From positions 1 to 25,728 of the forward strand of contig WJLA01000023.1 in assembly GCA_014728765.1 (NCBI GenBank): a stretch of DNA of 25,728 bases. The letters run 5' to 3'. Of the stretch, positions 24,136 through 25,728 are shown piece after piece (the stretch's first letter is position 1; every line of letters starts with the position of its first letter). Both the position numbers and the translations under genes were made by a program. The notes under the pieces were generated by a model. The model was not told the DNA's origin. It did no database searches and was given only the letters and a program-made list of their open reading frames with translations. The DNA is from Candidatus Peregrinibacteria bacterium. Its GTDB lineage: Bacteria > Patescibacteriota > Gracilibacteria > UBA1369.

Positions 24136-24319
24136 AGTATTAAAAATTATCCTTACAATTTATTGCAAGGGCGATATTAATACCGCGGTACCACCTTACT
24201 TGAAACTTTTACTGTTTTTCATCAGTTGTGCACTGTTTTGGGCGCATCCCACAGGGTTCTAATCTCCACTATATGGATTTCTTCCCCGAGCTCAGCTGTG
24301 TCAGCAGCATCATAGCTTT
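24136..24319 (-). ncRNA. T-box riboswitch (Asp, GAC specifier) with ultrashort Stem I in the aspS leader
   Basis: Antiterminator AAGG-UGGUACC-GCG...CGC-CCUU (24167-24197). Stem I with K-turn and loop CUGACA (24289-24317), Stem II (24252-24288), IIA/B (about 24230-24251), Stem III (24201-24221), and competing hairpin CCUUGCAAU/AUUGUAAGG (24151-24170). Confidence 0.9.
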
Positions 24320-24325
24320 GAGTAT

Positions 24326-24353
24326 ATTGTAATGATATTTTTATCGTTGTCAA
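24326..24353 (-). promoter_or_regulatory. Sigma70 promoter for the T-box-aspS transcript
   Basis: Minus-strand TTGACA (24353-24348), 16 nt, TACAAT (24331-24326). The predicted +1 near 24319 falls 2-3 nt before Stem I. Confidence 0.7.
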
Positions 24354-24483
24354 TCCTTGGTTTTTGAAATTTCAGTTAGCTATAAATCTTGTGGCGCCGA
24401 GCCAGGCGAGATTGAAAATTGAGCGTTGGGACTCGGTGTATTTTTTGCTGGTGAAAGTCATGCTGATGATTTCGCTTTTGTTG

Positions 24484-24756
24484 TTAATAAACTTCATCAT
24501 GTGCGCCAATGTAGATTGGTCTTATCTGCTGATTTTGGATGATGAATTTGATGATTATTCGATAAGAGATATTGATTGAAATGCTATGTAGTCCTTCGAG
24601 CTTGCCTGATAATTTATGACTTCTTAATGAAGGGTGATTGGGGTTGGTGCAAAGAATTTTTATAATCTTTTGGTATTGATTGAGGAGTTCAGGGTGTTTT
24701 TTGAAAAACTTTTTTGCTCTTTTTTGATAGCTTTCAGTGATAACAAGACTATACAT
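24484..24756 (-). CDS. RelE/YafQ-like toxin (plasmid stabilisation family)
   Basis: ITESYQKRAKKF, NPNHPSLRSHKLSGKLEGLHSISINISYRII and IGAHDEVY; overlaps its antitoxin by 8 nt. Confidence 0.88.
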   Translation of the reverse strand: MYSLVITESYQKRAKKFFKKHPELLNQYQKIIKILCTNPNHPSLRSHKLSGKLEGLHSISINISYRIIIKFIIQNQQIRPIYIGAHDEVY

Positions 24757-25006
24757 TTTTCAGTGATTTAATGTGCTTTTCGGGTGTGGTTATTTTGAAT
24801 TTTCCAGCCTTGATGTCTTTTTCTGTATCTTTGAGAGCAGTTTCAAGCTCCATTTCAAGAAGTGAATTGTATTTCTCAATTGTCAGGACGGCATATTTCT
24901 TTTTACCGTGTACTGTGATGAAAGCTTCCTGATTGTCTTTGGTTTTCTTGCTGAGGATTTGAGATCCTTTGGTTTTTAATTCTTGTGCAGTGATGTCATT
25001 ATTCAT
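24749..25006 (-). CDS. Phd/YefM family antitoxin; likely start MNNDIT at 25006 (ORF track start 25087)
   Basis: ITAQELKTKG...EAFITVHGKKKYAVLTIEKY is the Phd/YefM N-terminal pattern; it lies directly upstream of the toxin. Confidence 0.85.
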   Translation of the reverse strand: MNNDITAQELKTKGSQILSKKTKDNQEAFITVHGKKKYAVLTIEKYNSLLEMELETALKDTEKDIKAGKFKITTPEKHIKSLKNV

Positions 25007-25016
25007 GATACTAAAG

Positions 25017-25066
25017 TTAGTACTATTTATAGTATGTATTTTAGTACTATTTAATAATTTTTGCAA
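25017..25066 (-). promoter_or_regulatory. Promoter and operator of the Phd/YefM-RelE operon
   Basis: Minus-strand TTGCAA (25066-25061), 17 nt, TAAAAT (25043-25038). The 13-bp direct repeat TTAGTACTATTTA at 25017-25029 and 25041-25053 carries the palindrome TAGTACTA in each copy. Confidence 0.7.
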
Positions 25067-25180
25067 ATTCAAGATAGGTTTAAACATAGTAAATATTTCG
25101 GATGAGCTGATTGTACTATTTGTTTCTAAAAAAATATTAAATTTTGTGATTGTTAATTATAATATATGCACTTCATGTGA

Positions 25181-25209
25181 TTGGAGGGCATTTTTCTTTG
25201 TGTTATAAT
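25181..25209 (+). promoter_or_regulatory. Promoter giving a probable leaderless mRNA for the ABC exporter
   Basis: TTGGAG (25181-25186), 17 nt, TATAAT (25204-25209) with TG extension; ATG 6 nt later at 25216. Confidence 0.6.
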
Positions 25210-25215
25210 ATATTC

Positions 25216-25728
25216 ATGAAAAACTTTAAGCAGGCAATTGGTTTTTGGTGGAGATTCACAAAGCCGGTGATTTCAAAGCATTGGTATGTGTTTAGTGCAA
25301 TTTTGGTATTGACCGCGACTTCGATGATTGAGCCATATGTTTATAAGTTGATTATTGATGAGCTGACAAAATTAGTGGGTGTGAATGAAGTTGATTGGGG
25401 TTTGATGCTGACATATTTTGCAGTTTGGGGAGGAGTGAGTTTGATCGGACTAGCTTTTTATTCTTGGTATAAAATTACGCTCAATGTAGATTCGATGAAG
25501 ATTGAGCGAGATTATTATAATTATATGTATGAGAGATTTTTGAGTATGGATATTTCCAGGCATTTAACCAAGAAGTCCGGGGAGCTATATGAGAAATTTG
25601 AAAAGGCGGTTGAAGCGCTTTGGGTTGTGAATACGAATTTGTTTTTTCAGGTTTTGCCGAGTTGGTTTCCATTTTTGGGAGTTTTGACTTTGGCATTTAT
25701 TGTGAGTTGGCAGATGACTTTGTTTATG
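25216..25728 (+). CDS. N-terminal transmembrane domain of an ABC exporter (fused permease/ATPase, type IV), truncated at the window end; not in the ORF track
   Basis: My translation is open to the end: MKNFKQAIGFWWRFTKPVISKHWYVFSAILVLTATSMIEPYVYKLIIDEL...YERFLSMDISRHLTKKSGELYEKF...FIVSWQMTL. It matches ABC TMD patterns (P.....iID, l.l....h....sGel, SWqL). Confidence 0.85.
   Translation, partial: MKNFKQAIGFWWRFTKPVISKHWYVFSAILVLTATSMIEPYVYKLIIDELTKLVGVNEVDWGLMLTYFAVWGGVSLIGLAFYSWYKITLNVDSMKIERDYYNYMYERFLSMDISRHLTKKSGELYEKFEKAVEALWVVNTNLFFQVLPSWFPFLGVLTLAFIVSWQMTLFM

Noticed and set aside
591-25696. The many short alternative-frame ORFs in the track (for example 591-926, 3848-4204, 4462-4932, 10721-11131, 11388-11741, 24077-24262, 24364-24579, 25481-25696)
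   Set aside because: They lie within or antisense to well-supported genes or the T-box leader, have no recognisable motifs, and are expected shadows.
20778-25728. A full integrase-type genomic island bounded by tRNA att repeats
   Set aside because: The only 3'-end duplicate is 185 bp away. I found no distal copy after the TA cassette and no integrase in the window.
1-25728. Genetic code 25 (UGA = Gly; Gracilibacteria/Absconditabacteria)
   Set aside because: TGA falls at natural protein ends and in ATGA couplings (rpiB-rpe, antitoxin-toxin, toxin HNQVY*, DUF192), and long genes are unbroken under code 11.

Overview
An AT-rich bacterial chromosomal window using standard code 11 (TGA acts as a stop at natural gene ends). 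Gene content and SD-less, A-rich starts suggest a CPR/Patescibacteria genome, possibly Peregrinibacteria; this placement is inference. In order it holds: the end of a MacAB-type (type VII ABC) operon with two tandem permeases; a class B PBP; an M16 peptidase; pyrD and ndk; a secreted TolB-like propeller with a WxL-like tail; a non-oxidative pentose-phosphate cluster (split transketolase, rpiB, rpe, with lepB and DUF192 inserted); a YibE/F protein; tRNA-Arg(GCG); and an accessory-looking block. That block has two RelE-family toxin-antitoxin pairs around a GNAT, a ParB/Srx-like protein and an archaeal-type aspS, followed by the start of an ABC exporter. Three observations stand out. (1) A complete T-box riboswitch lies upstream of aspS, with an ultrashort K-turn Stem I presenting an Asp (GAC) specifier in a terminal loop, an architecture I know only from actinobacterial ileS leaders. 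(2) Both transketolase subunits are full-length but have lost most catalytic residues, suggesting a pseudoenzyme. (3) The tRNA is flanked on both sides by hairpin-interrupted copies of its own 5' and 3' ends, with a cluster of GCGAAGC mini-hairpins. All alignments and folds were done by eye; no database search was run.
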